From the NCBI GenBank assembly GCA_964473355.1, contig CAYYOS010000001.1, positions 1-60,492 on the forward strand: a stretch of 60,492 nt of DNA. The letters are read 5' to 3'. The notes under the pieces were generated by a model. The model was not told where the DNA came from, ran no database searches, and saw only the letters and a program-made list of their open reading frames with translations. Positions 1-10,318 of the stretch are shown here, piece after piece. The position numbers and the translations under genes are program-made. The stretch comes from an uncultured Burkholderiales bacterium (GTDB taxonomy: Bacteria; Pseudomonadota; Gammaproteobacteria; Burkholderiales; REEB80). The stretch's first letter is position 1; each line of letters begins with the position of its first letter.

Positions 1-705
1 TTCATCGTAAGTTGTGAGCATGGGGGTAATAAAATCCCCGCTCCTTATCGCCATTTCTTCTTAGGGTGGGATACGACTTTAGAGAGCCACATGGGCTACG
101 ACGCAGGCGCCTTAAGCCTTGCTAAACGAATGGCGACGGTACTTCAGGCGCCCTTATTTTCCGCAACCGTAAGCCGCCTGTTGGTGGATCTTAACCGCTC
201 AGTAGGACATCCCCGGCTGCATTCCGATGCGATTCCGCGATGGGAAAAAGCATTACGGGCTGACATTTTGGAACATTATTATTTCCCATATAGGACCGCG
301 CTAGAAGAGAAAATTACACAAGCGGTGCGCGGCGCGCAAGTGGTGATACACATTTCTTCCCACAGTTTTACGCACCGCTTGCACGGGCAGTATCGCAAGG
401 CCGATGTGGGCTTACTCTATGATCCAGCTCGCGAAGCGGAGGCTCAACTTTGTTATCAATGGAAAGCCGTGCTCCATCATTCGGCCCCCGGGCTAACTAT
501 CCGCCGAAATTATCCCTATCGAGGCATATCAGATGGGTTAATCACTTACTTTCGTCGACGTTTTCCTGCCAAGAATTATTTGGGTATTGAGTTAGAAATA
601 AATCAGAAGCACGTGACACCTAGCCACGCCTGGCAAACCTTCAAAGGCATACTGGTGAGATCCGCGCGACAAGTTTTTCGCGATCGCGGGGATGTTCTCG
701 CCTAA
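1..705 (+). CDS. N-formylglutamate amidohydrolase (FGase) family protein, 5' end outside window
   Basis: Frame 1 is open from base 1 (FIVSCEHGGNKIPAPYRHFF...), so the ORF-track Met at 91 is internal. The SCEHGGN start motif is typical of the FGase/HutG-like family. Confidence 0.6.
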   Translation, partial: FIVSCEHGGNKIPAPYRHFFLGWDTTLESHMGYDAGALSLAKRMATVLQAPLFSATVSRLLVDLNRSVGHPRLHSDAIPRWEKALRADILEHYYFPYRTALEEKITQAVRGAQVVIHISSHSFTHRLHGQYRKADVGLLYDPAREAEAQLCYQWKAVLHHSAPGLTIRRNYPYRGISDGLITYFRRRFPAKNYLGIELEINQKHVTPSHAWQTFKGILVRSARQVFRDRGDVLA

Positions 706-706
706 G

Positions 707-2323
707 CTAGGCGTTATCGTAGCAAATCCCCTTACGGCCCCGCGCAAAAATTTGTCGCACCGTATCGATGGTATCAGCCTCCGCCACGGTTTTATCTAAG
801 CGATAACGTTTCACGCGAGCAAAGCGTAGCGATAAGCCCCCGGGGTACTGGTTACTTTCTTGAATGTTATTGAAGGCAATTTCGACGACAATCTCCGGCC
901 TTACATATACGGTATAGCCATCGCTACTGACCTCTAATTCGCGAAATGTTTTAGTTTGCCAGGCTAACATTTCATCGGTCATACCTTTAAAAGTTTTTCC
1001 GAGCATAACGAACTGACCTGTCGCCGTATCCAACGCACCCAAATGTAAATTGCTAAGCCACCCCTGGCGACGCCCGTTTCCCCACTCCGCGGCCAACACG
1101 ACTAGGTCCAGCGTCTCCGCGGCCTTAATCTTTAACCAGTTAGCGCCCCGATTTCCTGCCTCATACAGCGAGGCCGGCGCCTTCGCCATGACGCCTTCGT
1201 GACCTATTGCTAGTGCTTGTGCAAGAAACGTTTCCGCCTGGGTGACATCGTCTGTAATTATTCGCGGAATGAGTACTTCCGCAGGCAAATTTTCAGCCAT
1301 GGCGCTCCAGCGTTTTTCGGCGCTGAATGGCGTGAGATCCTCATCGTTAAGAAGCAAGCAATCAAAAAAATATACCGATAGAGGTAGTGCCGAACGTAGC
1401 GACTGGATATCCGATTTTCGGCCAAAACGACGCATCGTTGATTGAAAAGGATGCGGCGCGCCATCCGTTTGCAGGGCAATCACTTCACCGTCCAAAATAA
1501 GATTGCGACAGGCAATATTTTGAACGAGCTCTAGGACTTCTGGTACGGCGGCGGTGACGTCGTGGAGCGCCCGCGAGAAAACTTTTATTTCCGTTCCGTT
1601 TTTATGCACCTGCACGCGCGCACCATCCACTTTATATTCAAATACGGCTCTGGTTAGGCAACGCAACGCTTCCGCAACGTCATCGGCAGTCTGCGCCAGC
1701 ATAGGCTGTATGGGTTTCATAGGCGTTACCGAAAAAACTTTAAGATTGCCGTCACCGCAGCAAGCGACTTGCGCCACTCGGCTTAAGTCGCCTGAGACCA
1801 TCGCAGCACGGCGAATCTCTGCGGGATTTATTCCGGAAGCCTTGGCAATTGCCTCAAGCATTATCCCCTGTAAAGCGCCATGCCGAACTTCCCCCGCCAG
1901 CAAGCGTAGTAAAAAATTCTGCTCTGGAGGCGTAGCAAGTCTAAATAAATCTTCTAAGCGTCTTTTACGCGTAACTTGCGAGCCCGTGCCGGACAAGCCG
2001 CTGATTTCTCTAAACGCGAAATCGACGTCGGCTAAAGTTAAGCTAGGTGCAGCTGCGGGAATTGTACGGCTAACTTCGCGCAGCCACGCCCCACCGACCC
2101 CAATGCGTCCTTGTGGGATTTGTCCGGATAGATAATGGATGGCTAAGGCTAAATTAATGGCATTTAGCTGGCGCAGATATGCGTCCAGGAGCGCGATCTT
2201 TTCCAGGCGACGGGCGGTTTTTGCAAGCTGCTGAGAGGTTTCAGCCAGAGCAATTAAGGACATAAGCTTAAAAAAATTCAGAAAAACTGAGTTATCCGGA
2301 ATGAAATCCTGTCTATATTTCAT
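707..2323 (-). CDS. ATP-dependent DNA ligase (DNA-binding, adenylation and OB domains)
   Basis: 538-aa ORF with nucleotidyl-transferase motif I (EYKVDGARVQVH, KxDG), downstream ligase motifs (LDGEVIA, YFFDCL, EGVMAK, WLKIK) and a long N-terminal DNA-binding region. The true start may be the internal ATG at 2263 (MSLIALAETSQ...). Confidence 0.85.
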   Translation of the reverse strand: MKYRQDFIPDNSVFLNFFKLMSLIALAETSQQLAKTARRLEKIALLDAYLRQLNAINLALAIHYLSGQIPQGRIGVGGAWLREVSRTIPAAAPSLTLADVDFAFREISGLSGTGSQVTRKRRLEDLFRLATPPEQNFLLRLLAGEVRHGALQGIMLEAIAKASGINPAEIRRAAMVSGDLSRVAQVACCGDGNLKVFSVTPMKPIQPMLAQTADDVAEALRCLTRAVFEYKVDGARVQVHKNGTEIKVFSRALHDVTAAVPEVLELVQNIACRNLILDGEVIALQTDGAPHPFQSTMRRFGRKSDIQSLRSALPLSVYFFDCLLLNDEDLTPFSAEKRWSAMAENLPAEVLIPRIITDDVTQAETFLAQALAIGHEGVMAKAPASLYEAGNRGANWLKIKAAETLDLVVLAAEWGNGRRQGWLSNLHLGALDTATGQFVMLGKTFKGMTDEMLAWQTKTFRELEVSSDGYTVYVRPEIVVEIAFNNIQESNQYPGGLSLRFARVKRYRLDKTVAEADTIDTVRQIFARGRKGICYDNA

Positions 2324-2386
2324 AACCTACAGGTATAGGTTAGTTTCGCCCCAACATATGGAGTTCTAAACGATTAGGAGAAAATT

Positions 2387-3028
2387 ATGGAACATACACG
2401 CATCACTCGATTTTCGCCCCTAAGCTGGGGGGCTATACTTGCGTCCCTAGCGGTAGGTTTAGGCGTTAATACTTTATTAATGATGGTCGGGGTAGCGGCT
2501 GGCTTGACGGCCACTCAGGCCACCGATGCCACGGAGGGTGTCTCTATCGCAACCGGTATTTGGACCGGCCTGAGTATGCTAGTTTCAGCCTTCATCGGCG
2601 GATACGTTGCCGCGAAACTGAGTGGATTAAAACGCCGTAGTGACGGCATATTACATGGCTTAGTTGCCTGGGGCGCCACCCTATTAACGTTTGCATTTTT
2701 AGCAACGACCGCTACCGGTAACATACTGGGTAGTGCTTTTAGTGTTTTCGGGCAAAACCCGAATATCGCCGCCCAAGTGGGCGAGACCGGCGTCAACATT
2801 ATGAACAAACGGGGTGGCAGTGCGGGTAATGCCGACATTTCCCCTAATGCTGCCCCGGAAACTCAGATAACGACAGATGAAGCCGTGGAAACGGCGGCTG
2901 CGGCCACCTGGTGGTTATTTTTGGGTAGTCTGTTGGCCATGCTTCTATCTATCTGGGGTGGTTCCATAGGCGTGCATCCGCGGACCAGACTCTCAGACAG
3001 GCATGGGAGCCGCATTCCGGTAGCTTAA
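2387..3028 (+). CDS. hypothetical integral membrane protein (Gly/Ala-rich TM helices)
   Basis: 213-aa ORF with several hydrophobic helices. AGGAG lies 7 nt upstream of the ATG. No recognisable family. Confidence 0.5.
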   Translation: MEHTRITRFSPLSWGAILASLAVGLGVNTLLMMVGVAAGLTATQATDATEGVSIATGIWTGLSMLVSAFIGGYVAAKLSGLKRRSDGILHGLVAWGATLLTFAFLATTATGNILGSAFSVFGQNPNIAAQVGETGVNIMNKRGGSAGNADISPNAAPETQITTDEAVETAAAATWWLFLGSLLAMLLSIWGGSIGVHPRTRLSDRHGSRIPVA

Positions 3029-3045
3029 CAACGCTATTTAGGACT

Positions 3046-3471
3046 ATGCCAAAATCCACCCTGCGGGAGCGTGCGACATACGCGACAACCTACTGGGTGG
3101 ATTTGCCTAACCGGTCTATCCAATTCGAATTGGAAAAAAACAACGCTGAGTTGGATGGGCTGCTAAAAATGCAGGGCCAACGCCAGTGGGCATTTCTTAC
3201 TGCTTATAACCCCCACGCGCAACCCAATGCCGCCTTTGAAAACCAGCAGCATCTAAAACGACTCATTGAAGACGTGCAGCAACAAGGCTTAACGTTTCTT
3301 CCAGGTCGAGATGTTAGTGATGATAAAAATCTTGCGCCCGAGGCGTGCTTATTAATTTTTGGTATCTCCGCTGATCGCGCGCAACAACTCGGGAAGCGAT
3401 ATGGTCAGGCTGCCGTCATTGTAGGTGAGCTAGACCATCCAGCTCAACTCTTGTATGCCGAGGAAGAATAA
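3046..3471 (+). CDS. DUF3293-like protein
   Basis: 141 aa. The WAFLTAYNP...EN motif and the C-terminal QAAVIVGE resemble the DUF3293 family. Confidence 0.5.
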   Translation: MPKSTLRERATYATTYWVDLPNRSIQFELEKNNAELDGLLKMQGQRQWAFLTAYNPHAQPNAAFENQQHLKRLIEDVQQQGLTFLPGRDVSDDKNLAPEACLLIFGISADRAQQLGKRYGQAAVIVGELDHPAQLLYAEEE

Positions 3472-4054
3472 AGACCTGCACGGCAACGTACCCGATAAGA
3501 GTAACGTTGCCTTGCTCATTATTGACGTCATTAACGATTTAGAGTTTGATGCCGGCTCGCAGCTTTTACCCCACGCCCTGGTAATGGCCAAGCACATCGC
3601 AGTCTTAAAGTCACGTGCCACTAAGGCCGGCGTCCCGGTTATTTATGTGAACGACAACTTCGGAAAATGGCGCTCGGATTTTTCCGCGCAAGTGCGTCAT
3701 AGTCTTAAATCCGGCATTCGTGGCGCCCCGGTTGTTAAAATGCTCCTACCGCAACCCCAGGATTATTTCGTAATTAAACCCAAGCACTCGGGATTCTTTG
3801 CCACGCCGTTGGAGTTGTTACTTAATTATTTGCAGGTAAGAAACTTAATCCTAACGGGTATAGCTGGCGACAACTGCGTGTTGTTTACGGCAACAGACGC
3901 CTATATTCGCGATTTTAATCTGTGGGTTCCCGCGGATTGTGTGGCCTCTGAATCGAAAAAAAATAACACGCTGGCTTTGCAGCAAATGCAGCAACTTTTA
4001 AAGGCAGATATCAGCGTTTCGTCTAAAATAAAATTCAGTAAGCTTAAACAATAA
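3455..4054 (+). CDS. isochorismatase-family cysteine hydrolase
   Basis: 199 aa. ALLIIDVINDF-type N-terminal strand, KxxFSGF and ILTGIAGDNCV (catalytic Cys context). Overlaps the preceding ORF by 17 nt. Confidence 0.8.
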   Translation: MPRKNKDLHGNVPDKSNVALLIIDVINDLEFDAGSQLLPHALVMAKHIAVLKSRATKAGVPVIYVNDNFGKWRSDFSAQVRHSLKSGIRGAPVVKMLLPQPQDYFVIKPKHSGFFATPLELLLNYLQVRNLILTGIAGDNCVLFTATDAYIRDFNLWVPADCVASESKKNNTLALQQMQQLLKADISVSSKIKFSKLKQ

Positions 4055-4057
4055 GGA

Positions 4058-5248
4058 TTATTCCCGTTCCGGTGCAGCGGAAATTTTATGTACGCTTAAA
4101 TCCGCCCCCTGAAATTCTTGTTCTTCACTCAGCCGCAATCCCACACTCGCTTTTAAAATTCCATAGACGAGCAGGCCGCCGACCACCGCGATGCTTATTC
4201 CGAGGAGCGTGCCTACCAGTTGCGCCATAAATGTGACGCCCCCTAAGCCACCCAGCACCGGTAAGCCAAATATACCGGCCGCGAGACCACCCCATGCCCC
4301 ACACAAACCGTGCAACGGCCAAACCCCCAATACGTCGTCGATGCGCCAACGATTTTGCGTCATGGTGAACATAAAAACAAAAAGCCCGCCGGCGATGCCG
4401 CCGGTAGCTAACGCCCCCAAGGGATGCATAATATCCGAGCCCGCACAAATGGCGACTAAGCCGGCCAAAGGACCGTTGTGAACAAAGCCGGGATCGTTGC
4501 GGCTAACAAACAAAGAAACTACTGTTCCGCCAGCCATTGCCATTAGCGAATTCACCGCCACCAATCCGCTAATCGCATTGAGCAGTTGCGCGGACATCAC
4601 GTTAAAGCCAAACCAGCCGACCGTTAATATCCAAGCACCTAAAGCTAAAAACGGAATGCTAGACGGCGGGTGCGCCGACATGCCACCACCGGCGTGATAA
4701 CGTCCGCGGCGCGCGCCCAGAAGTAGGACCGCAGTGAGAGCTATCCAACCGCCCACGGCGTGAACCACCACCGAACCGGCAAAGTCATGAAATTTCGCCC
4801 CCAACTGCGCTTCCGACCAGGCTTGAAATCCGTATAGGTTATTCCAAGCGATGCCTTCAAAAAATGGATAAATAAAACCAACCAATAAGAATGTGGCTGC
4901 CAGCTGCGGCGCAAACTTGGCGCGTTCCGCAATGCCGCCGGAAACAATCGCGGGAATTGCCGCGGCAAAGGTAAGTAGAAAGAAAAACTTAACTAAACCG
5001 TAGCCATTTTGCTGAGATAAAGTCTGCGCGCTGGAAAAAAAATCCACGCCGTAGGCCAAGGTATAACCAATAAAAAAATAAGCAATGGTAGAAACGGCAA
5101 AGTCGGCAAGGATTTTGACTAAAGCGTTAACCTGGTTTTTTTGCCTAACCGTGCCGACTTCTAAAAACGCAAACCCCGCGTGCATGGCGAGCACCATAAT
5201 GGCGCCCAGAAGAATAAATAAAACGTCTGATGCGTTGGCTGGCTGCAT
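4058..5248 (-). CDS. amt: ammonium transporter (Amt family)
   Basis: 396 aa, about 11 TM helices. Amt signatures are present: FAFLEVG, DFAGSVVVH, PLHGLCGAWGG. Confidence 0.9.
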   Translation of the reverse strand: MQPANASDVLFILLGAIMVLAMHAGFAFLEVGTVRQKNQVNALVKILADFAVSTIAYFFIGYTLAYGVDFFSSAQTLSQQNGYGLVKFFFLLTFAAAIPAIVSGGIAERAKFAPQLAATFLLVGFIYPFFEGIAWNNLYGFQAWSEAQLGAKFHDFAGSVVVHAVGGWIALTAVLLLGARRGRYHAGGGMSAHPPSSIPFLALGAWILTVGWFGFNVMSAQLLNAISGLVAVNSLMAMAGGTVVSLFVSRNDPGFVHNGPLAGLVAICAGSDIMHPLGALATGGIAGGLFVFMFTMTQNRWRIDDVLGVWPLHGLCGAWGGLAAGIFGLPVLGGLGGVTFMAQLVGTLLGISIAVVGGLLVYGILKASVGLRLSEEQEFQGADLSVHKISAAPERE

Positions 5249-5463
5249 TGGTTTTCCCCTTAATGTGGCTTTGTATTTATGTACCGCTGACGTTATGCTA
5301 ATTCATAGCGCGCCAAAAGCGCAATCCCTTAATAAGCGGACGCCAATATTCGGATAAGATGAGCCTGGCGACTATCCCAGAGCCGTTTGAAATTCTAAAC
5401 GCAAACCTTGTCATCGATTTGGTTAAAAGATTCTCCTCGTTTGGGAGCTAGTAAGAATACCAA

Positions 5464-5496
5464 GAATCCCCCTCAGCGAGGGTGTCAGGAATGACG
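5464..5496. repeat. variant copy of the dispersed CGTCATTCC...GGATTC palindromic (REP-like) repeat
   Basis: gaatccccctcagcgagggtgtcaggaatgacg. It shares the terminal CGTCATTCC / GGATTC ends with the other copies but has a different centre. Confidence 0.4.
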
Positions 5497-5532
5497 CCAG
5501 CATCTTGCATGACCGCTTCGCCCCAATAAACG

Positions 5533-5937
5533 TCATTTGCTTTCTTCCCCCTTGCGGGACTCAAAAATTTTGACAATGACGTAGGCAATTAAGGCAAAAA
5601 CAAAAAAGAGCAATAGCATCCAAGCTATGCCTTGTAGTGTTTCAATGACCGTGCGATAAACTTCTAGTACCCATCGATCAGACGTCAGTTCCAATATTTT
5701 CGATTCTTTTTCGCCGTGCTGTGGCGTGATGTATTTTTCCAATTCATAAATGCGAACGCCACTTGAAATACCAACAACGTAAATGGCAAATTTTAAATAT
5801 TTTAGCCACGCCGAGCTGATCTGATCGGTAATGATACGTTTTAAGATACTGTCTAAAGGCTGCGTGAAGATGCGCGATACAATCGCGGATACCAAAAGTG
5901 CAATGGAAAAAGTGACAACAAGCAAGGTAAGAAACAT
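5533..5937 (-). CDS. hypothetical membrane protein
   Basis: ORF with N- and C-terminal TM helices. Start moved to the ATG at 5937 (MFLTLLVV...) because the upstream extension is not hydrophobic or leader-like. No family recognised. Confidence 0.4.
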   Translation of the reverse strand: MFLTLLVVTFSIALLVSAIVSRIFTQPLDSILKRIITDQISSAWLKYLKFAIYVVGISSGVRIYELEKYITPQHGEKESKILELTSDRWVLEVYRTVIETLQGIAWMLLLFFVFALIAYVIVKIFESRKGEESK

Positions 5938-6163
5938 GGGCGTTCCCTTTTTTAATGGCGACGTGTGAGGCTCTGACAAACGTATACCATCGAGCATTTA
6001 TCATGCATAAAAGGTGAAGTACCGTCAAGGCGCTGGAAAATTGCTGGCGTGTTAGTGGCGATTTGGTTACTATTTAGGTGGCAATCATCGCGCTCATAAG
6101 GTTAGTGACCATTTATCTTACTATTAAGCAATGAGCGGTCAACGGCCGTTTCTAGGTTAAAGC

Positions 6164-7534
6164 ATGCCAGACGAACAACTAAGCGCAATCAAATTACCCC
6201 CGCATTCCATAGAAGGCGAACAGTCCGTACTCGGCGGGCTCTTATTAGAGAATGCGGCTTGGGATAAGGTCGCGGATTTAATCTCCGAAATTGATTTTTA
6301 CCGCCATGACCATAAACTGATTTATCGGCATATTTGCAAGTTGGTTGAGCACGGCAAACCCGCGGATGCCGTGACGGTGTCTGAGTCATTAGATAATTCC
6401 GCGGAGTTAGAAGCCGTAGGCGGCTTGGCCTATATCGGCGCCATTGTGCAAAATACGCCCAGTGCCGCCAACATTCGTCGTTACGCGGAAATTGTTCGCG
6501 AGCGCTCGGTCATGCGCAAGCTGGCGGAGGTTGGCGGAGTCATTGCCGACAGCGCCTTTAATCCGGCGGGCCGGACAGCGGATCAACTGCTTGATGAAGC
6601 CGAAACGCGGGTGTTTGAAATTGCCGAAACCGGCGCCCGAGGAAATCAGGGGTTTGTAGCCATTCAGCCGATTTTAACTCAAGTGGTGGAACGCATCGAC
6701 ATGCTGTTCCAGCGCGAGAACCCCAGTGATGTCACCGGCGTGCCAACAGGCTATACCGATCTTGACCAGAAAACTTCCGGTCTACAGCCTGGCGATTTAG
6801 TTATTGTTGCCGGCCGGCCTTCCATGGGTAAAACCGCCCTAGCTTTAAACGTCGCCGAATATGTGGCACTTGATCAGCGCTTGCCGGTAGCCATATTTAG
6901 CATGGAGATGGCGGGCACGCAATTAGCGATGCGGATGATAGGTTCGGTGGGTAGACTCGACCAACACAAAGTGCGCACAGGGCAACTGCAGGACGCCGAT
7001 TGGCGTAAGCTCACCGATGCAGTCGGTAAGCTAAATGACGCACCTATTTTTATTGACGAATCGGCGGCCTTAAACGCGCTGGAGCTCCGCGCGCGGGCAC
7101 GTCGGCTTTATCGTCAAAGCGGGCAACTTGGTTTAATAGTGGTGGATTATTTGCAGCTTATGTCGGCCGCCAGCTCCGGAGAAAATCGCGCTACGGAAAT
7201 TTCTGAGATTTCGCGTTCGCTCAAAGCGCTGGCCAAGGAACTTAACGTGCCCGTGGTGGCACTTTCTCAACTTAATCGCAGCCTGGAACAGCGTCCCAAT
7301 AAACGGCCTGTGATGTCGGATTTGCGCGAATCCGGGGCGATTGAACAAGACGCCGATTTAATTTTATTTATTTATCGCGACGAAGTTTATAATCCGGAAA
7401 CGCCGGACAAAGGCATCGCCGAAATTATAATCGGCAAGCAGCGTAATGGTCCCATAGGCAGCATTCGTCTTACCTTTCTGGGCGAATATACACGCTTTGA
7501 AAATTTGGCACACGCCAGTATGTCGGCTTACTAA
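6164..7534 (+). CDS. dnaB: replicative DNA helicase DnaB
   Basis: 456 aa. PPHSIEGEQSVLGGLL N-terminus, Walker A GRPSMGKT, DYLQLM, SQLNRSLEQR and IIGKQRNGP motifs. Confidence 0.95.
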   Translation: MPDEQLSAIKLPPHSIEGEQSVLGGLLLENAAWDKVADLISEIDFYRHDHKLIYRHICKLVEHGKPADAVTVSESLDNSAELEAVGGLAYIGAIVQNTPSAANIRRYAEIVRERSVMRKLAEVGGVIADSAFNPAGRTADQLLDEAETRVFEIAETGARGNQGFVAIQPILTQVVERIDMLFQRENPSDVTGVPTGYTDLDQKTSGLQPGDLVIVAGRPSMGKTALALNVAEYVALDQRLPVAIFSMEMAGTQLAMRMIGSVGRLDQHKVRTGQLQDADWRKLTDAVGKLNDAPIFIDESAALNALELRARARRLYRQSGQLGLIVVDYLQLMSAASSGENRATEISEISRSLKALAKELNVPVVALSQLNRSLEQRPNKRPVMSDLRESGAIEQDADLILFIYRDEVYNPETPDKGIAEIIIGKQRNGPIGSIRLTFLGEYTRFENLAHASMSAY

Positions 7535-7645
7535 TCTGCGATTTCCGCTAGCTCAACATCTAATAGAAAACACTAAAGCATGCCTCGATGGGTATGGAAC
7601 AGGGTAGTAATAATTTATGTGTATCCCTTTTTAGTAAAGAAGATT

Positions 7646-7670
7646 CGTCATTTCCGCGAAAGCGGGAATC
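7646..7670. repeat. REP-like palindromic repeat copy
   Basis: cgtcatttccgcgaaagcgggaatc in the dnaB-alr intergenic region. Imperfect hairpin (atttccgc / gcgggaat). Confidence 0.6.
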
Positions 7671-7767
7671 ACGGTTGCAGTATTTAAATGGCAAACTCGA
7701 TTGGAAAATCTCGATTCATTCCCCCACCGAAACAAAAAGCCTTCTATAACACCCTATTTTAAAATTC

Positions 7768-8835
7768 ATGCCTAGACCCATCCGTGCGTCCATTTCCACT
7801 TCTGCGCTAAAACATAATTTGGCTGTTGTGCGCCGGCACGCGCCCAATTCTAAAGTTATGGCCGTAGTAAAAGCTAACGCCTATGGCCACGGCTTAACCA
7901 CCGTCGCCACGGCATTGTCAACGGCCGATGGCTTTGCTACGGTGGACATTGAAGACGCGATTCGCTTGCGAGAAGCCGGCTTTCGGCAGACTTTATTATT
8001 GTTAAATGGATTTTTCCATCCCAACGAATTGCCTGTGCTGGCCGAATATCGTTTAAGCACCGTGATCCATTGTGAAGAACAATTGGAGATGTTTATAACT
8101 TCCGCCTTACCGACAAAAGTCGATGTTTTTTTAAAAATGAATTCTGGTATGAATCGGCTGGGGTTTCCGTCCCATCAATTCACCGCAGCCTTACAGAAGT
8201 TATTAAATAGCGAACGGGCTGGATACGTGACTTTAATGACGCATTTCGCCACGGCGGATGACGCCACCGGCATTAAGGCGCAGCTGCAATTATTCTCAGA
8301 AACAATAGGGCAAAGCCGTTTGCCAACCAGCCTGGCTAATTCCGCTGCGCTGATTCGTTACCCAGAAACCCGCACCGAATGGGTTCGCCCGGGAATTATG
8401 CTGTATGGATCATCGCCGTTTCCTGACGAATCCGGCGCCGCACTAGGGCTATTGCCGGTCATGACATTGGAGAGCGAGATCATAGCGGTTCAAGAAATCC
8501 AAGCGGGGGACGCCATGGGTTATGGTAGAACATTTATGGCGGACCGGACCACTCGCGTCGGGATTGTTGCCTGTGGGTACGCCGACGGCTATCCGCGCCA
8601 CGCGCCTTCCGGCACGCCCGTATTAGTAAATGGGGTGCGGACTATGACCTTGGGCCGCGTGGCGATGGATATGTTATGTGTGGATTTAGGTCCCGTTCCG
8701 CAAGCCGGTAGAGGGGAAAAAGTTATTTTGTGGGGAGAGGGGCTTAGTGTCGATGAAGTAGCGCAGCGAGCCGGAACGGTAAGTTACGAATTATTGTGCG
8801 CGATGGCAAGCCGGGTGCCCATGGTTCCAGTTTAG
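7768..8835 (+). CDS. alr: alanine racemase
   Basis: 355 aa. The VVKANAYGHG PLP-lysine motif and overall length fit Alr. Confidence 0.9.
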   Translation: MPRPIRASISTSALKHNLAVVRRHAPNSKVMAVVKANAYGHGLTTVATALSTADGFATVDIEDAIRLREAGFRQTLLLLNGFFHPNELPVLAEYRLSTVIHCEEQLEMFITSALPTKVDVFLKMNSGMNRLGFPSHQFTAALQKLLNSERAGYVTLMTHFATADDATGIKAQLQLFSETIGQSRLPTSLANSAALIRYPETRTEWVRPGIMLYGSSPFPDESGAALGLLPVMTLESEIIAVQEIQAGDAMGYGRTFMADRTTRVGIVACGYADGYPRHAPSGTPVLVNGVRTMTLGRVAMDMLCVDLGPVPQAGRGEKVILWGEGLSVDEVAQRAGTVSYELLCAMASRVPMVPV

Positions 8836-9273
8836 CTAATGTAACAGCGAGGGGTTGTTGCGCGTACTTTTCATATCTGGCTCGGGCGACGCCGAGGCAT
8901 GGTGTGCAATTAGGCGCCAGCCTTGCTTGGTATTTAAAAACAAATTTGTTGCTAACACCGGCGGTTGAAAGTGGGTGGTGTCTCCGACCAAAATATTCTC
9001 ATGCACCATATGAATCGCTAAATTTTTTTCGCTAAAATAAACTTGATCGCTGATTTTAAAGTTTAGTTTAATATCCTGGCTGAAAATCTGCACCCAGCTT
9101 TCCTTAATTGCAGCGCGCCCCATTAAACGCTCGCCATGAGGATGTACACAGATAATTTCATCATCGTCATGCCAAACGCGCATCATCGCATTGATATCGC
9201 CGGTTTCGAAAGCGTGATAAAAAGCCGCTTCAGCCTCACGGGAAGTGACGTAGATGGCGGGATGTTGCTTCAT
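8836..9273 (-). CDS. SnoaL-like / NTF2-fold (DUF4440-type) protein
   Basis: 145 aa. Pattern AEAAFYHAFETGDINAMMRVWHDDDEIICVHP...G..AI..SW is typical of the NTF2-like superfamily. Confidence 0.55.
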   Translation of the reverse strand: MKQHPAIYVTSREAEAAFYHAFETGDINAMMRVWHDDDEIICVHPHGERLMGRAAIKESWVQIFSQDIKLNFKISDQVYFSEKNLAIHMVHENILVGDTTHFQPPVLATNLFLNTKQGWRLIAHHASASPEPDMKSTRNNPSLLH

Positions 9274-9328
9274 TTTGCAAAGCCGAAGCTAACTGCTGGG
9301 CGAATCATAAGCGAATCTCCATCCTGTT

Positions 9329-10318
9329 TTAATGAGTTATTTTATCCATAACCAGTGCTGGCGTCATATTTTCCATGCAATTAAAGTGCCCCAGCGGACA
9401 CACGCGTTGATAGCACGGGCTGCAAGCAAGTTGCAGGCTCAGGGTGACCGCTTTATCCGATAACGGCGGCGTGAACGCCGGACTGGATGAACCGAATAGT
9501 GCCAGCAATGGCCTATTTAAGGCAGCGCCAATATGCATTAGCCCGGAATCGTTTGATACAATCAATTGGCTGCTCGCCAAGAGCGCGATCGCTTCACTTA
9601 AATTGGTTTTGCCGCAGAAGTTTTCACCGACACCATCGCTGAGTTGATGAATTGTGTTGGCTACCCCGATATCCTTGGCAGATCCTACCAATATACAACG
9701 ATACCCCCGGTCGCCCAGCTGCCGGGCAAGCGCCGCGAAATGTTTTTCCGGCCAACGTTTAGCCGGACCATACTCCGCACCGATACATAACGCGGCGATC
9801 GGTTTTGCATCGCCTAAGTTAAATTTTTTTAGGGTCGCGAGGCGTAACTCGTTGGGTAGCGTTAACGTCGGATGCGCAGTCGGTGACAAATCGCCGCCGG
9901 CGAGCGCCGTAAAGCGCTGTACCATTAAAGGCAAGATCGCTTTATCTAGACGATACCGATGGGTTAATAACCCCCAACGCATTTCTCCGATATAGCCGGT
10001 GCGCTTAGGGATGCCGGCGAAAAAAGGGATTAAAGCGGATTTCCAGGAGTTGGGCAACACGATTGCGTGATCATAAGCGCGTTGCTCTAGATTTTTTGCG
10101 AAGCGCCAGCGCGCCCGTAGTTTAATTTCGCCGTGACCAAAAGGGTTGCACAAGGTCTCGTGTACTTCCGGCATGCACTGCAAAACAGGTAGAGTCCACG
10201 AGGGGGCCAGCACATCAAGTATCAGATTTTTTTCTTGCTCATGCAGTCGGCGGAACAGCGGTTGCGCCAAAACGGTATCGCCTATCCACGAGGGGGCGAT
10301 AACCAGAATTTTCGACAT
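9329..10318 (-). CDS. waaF: ADP-heptose:LPS heptosyltransferase II
   Basis: 329 aa. KILVIAPSWIGDTVLAQPL N-terminus and C-terminal SNDSGLMHIGAAL (GT9 family). Confidence 0.8.
   Translation of the reverse strand: MSKILVIAPSWIGDTVLAQPLFRRLHEQEKNLILDVLAPSWTLPVLQCMPEVHETLCNPFGHGEIKLRARWRFAKNLEQRAYDHAIVLPNSWKSALIPFFAGIPKRTGYIGEMRWGLLTHRYRLDKAILPLMVQRFTALAGGDLSPTAHPTLTLPNELRLATLKKFNLGDAKPIAALCIGAEYGPAKRWPEKHFAALARQLGDRGYRCILVGSAKDIGVANTIHQLSDGVGENFCGKTNLSEAIALLASSQLIVSNDSGLMHIGAALNRPLLALFGSSSPAFTPPLSDKAVTLSLQLACSPCYQRVCPLGHFNCMENMTPALVMDKITH

Noticed and set aside
5249-5400. Sigma-54 (TGGCAC-N5-TTGC) promoter upstream of the ammonium transporter gene.
   Set aside because: The only GG...GC candidate on the minus strand (ttGGcgcgctatgaattaGCat) has the wrong spacing (16 instead of 12).
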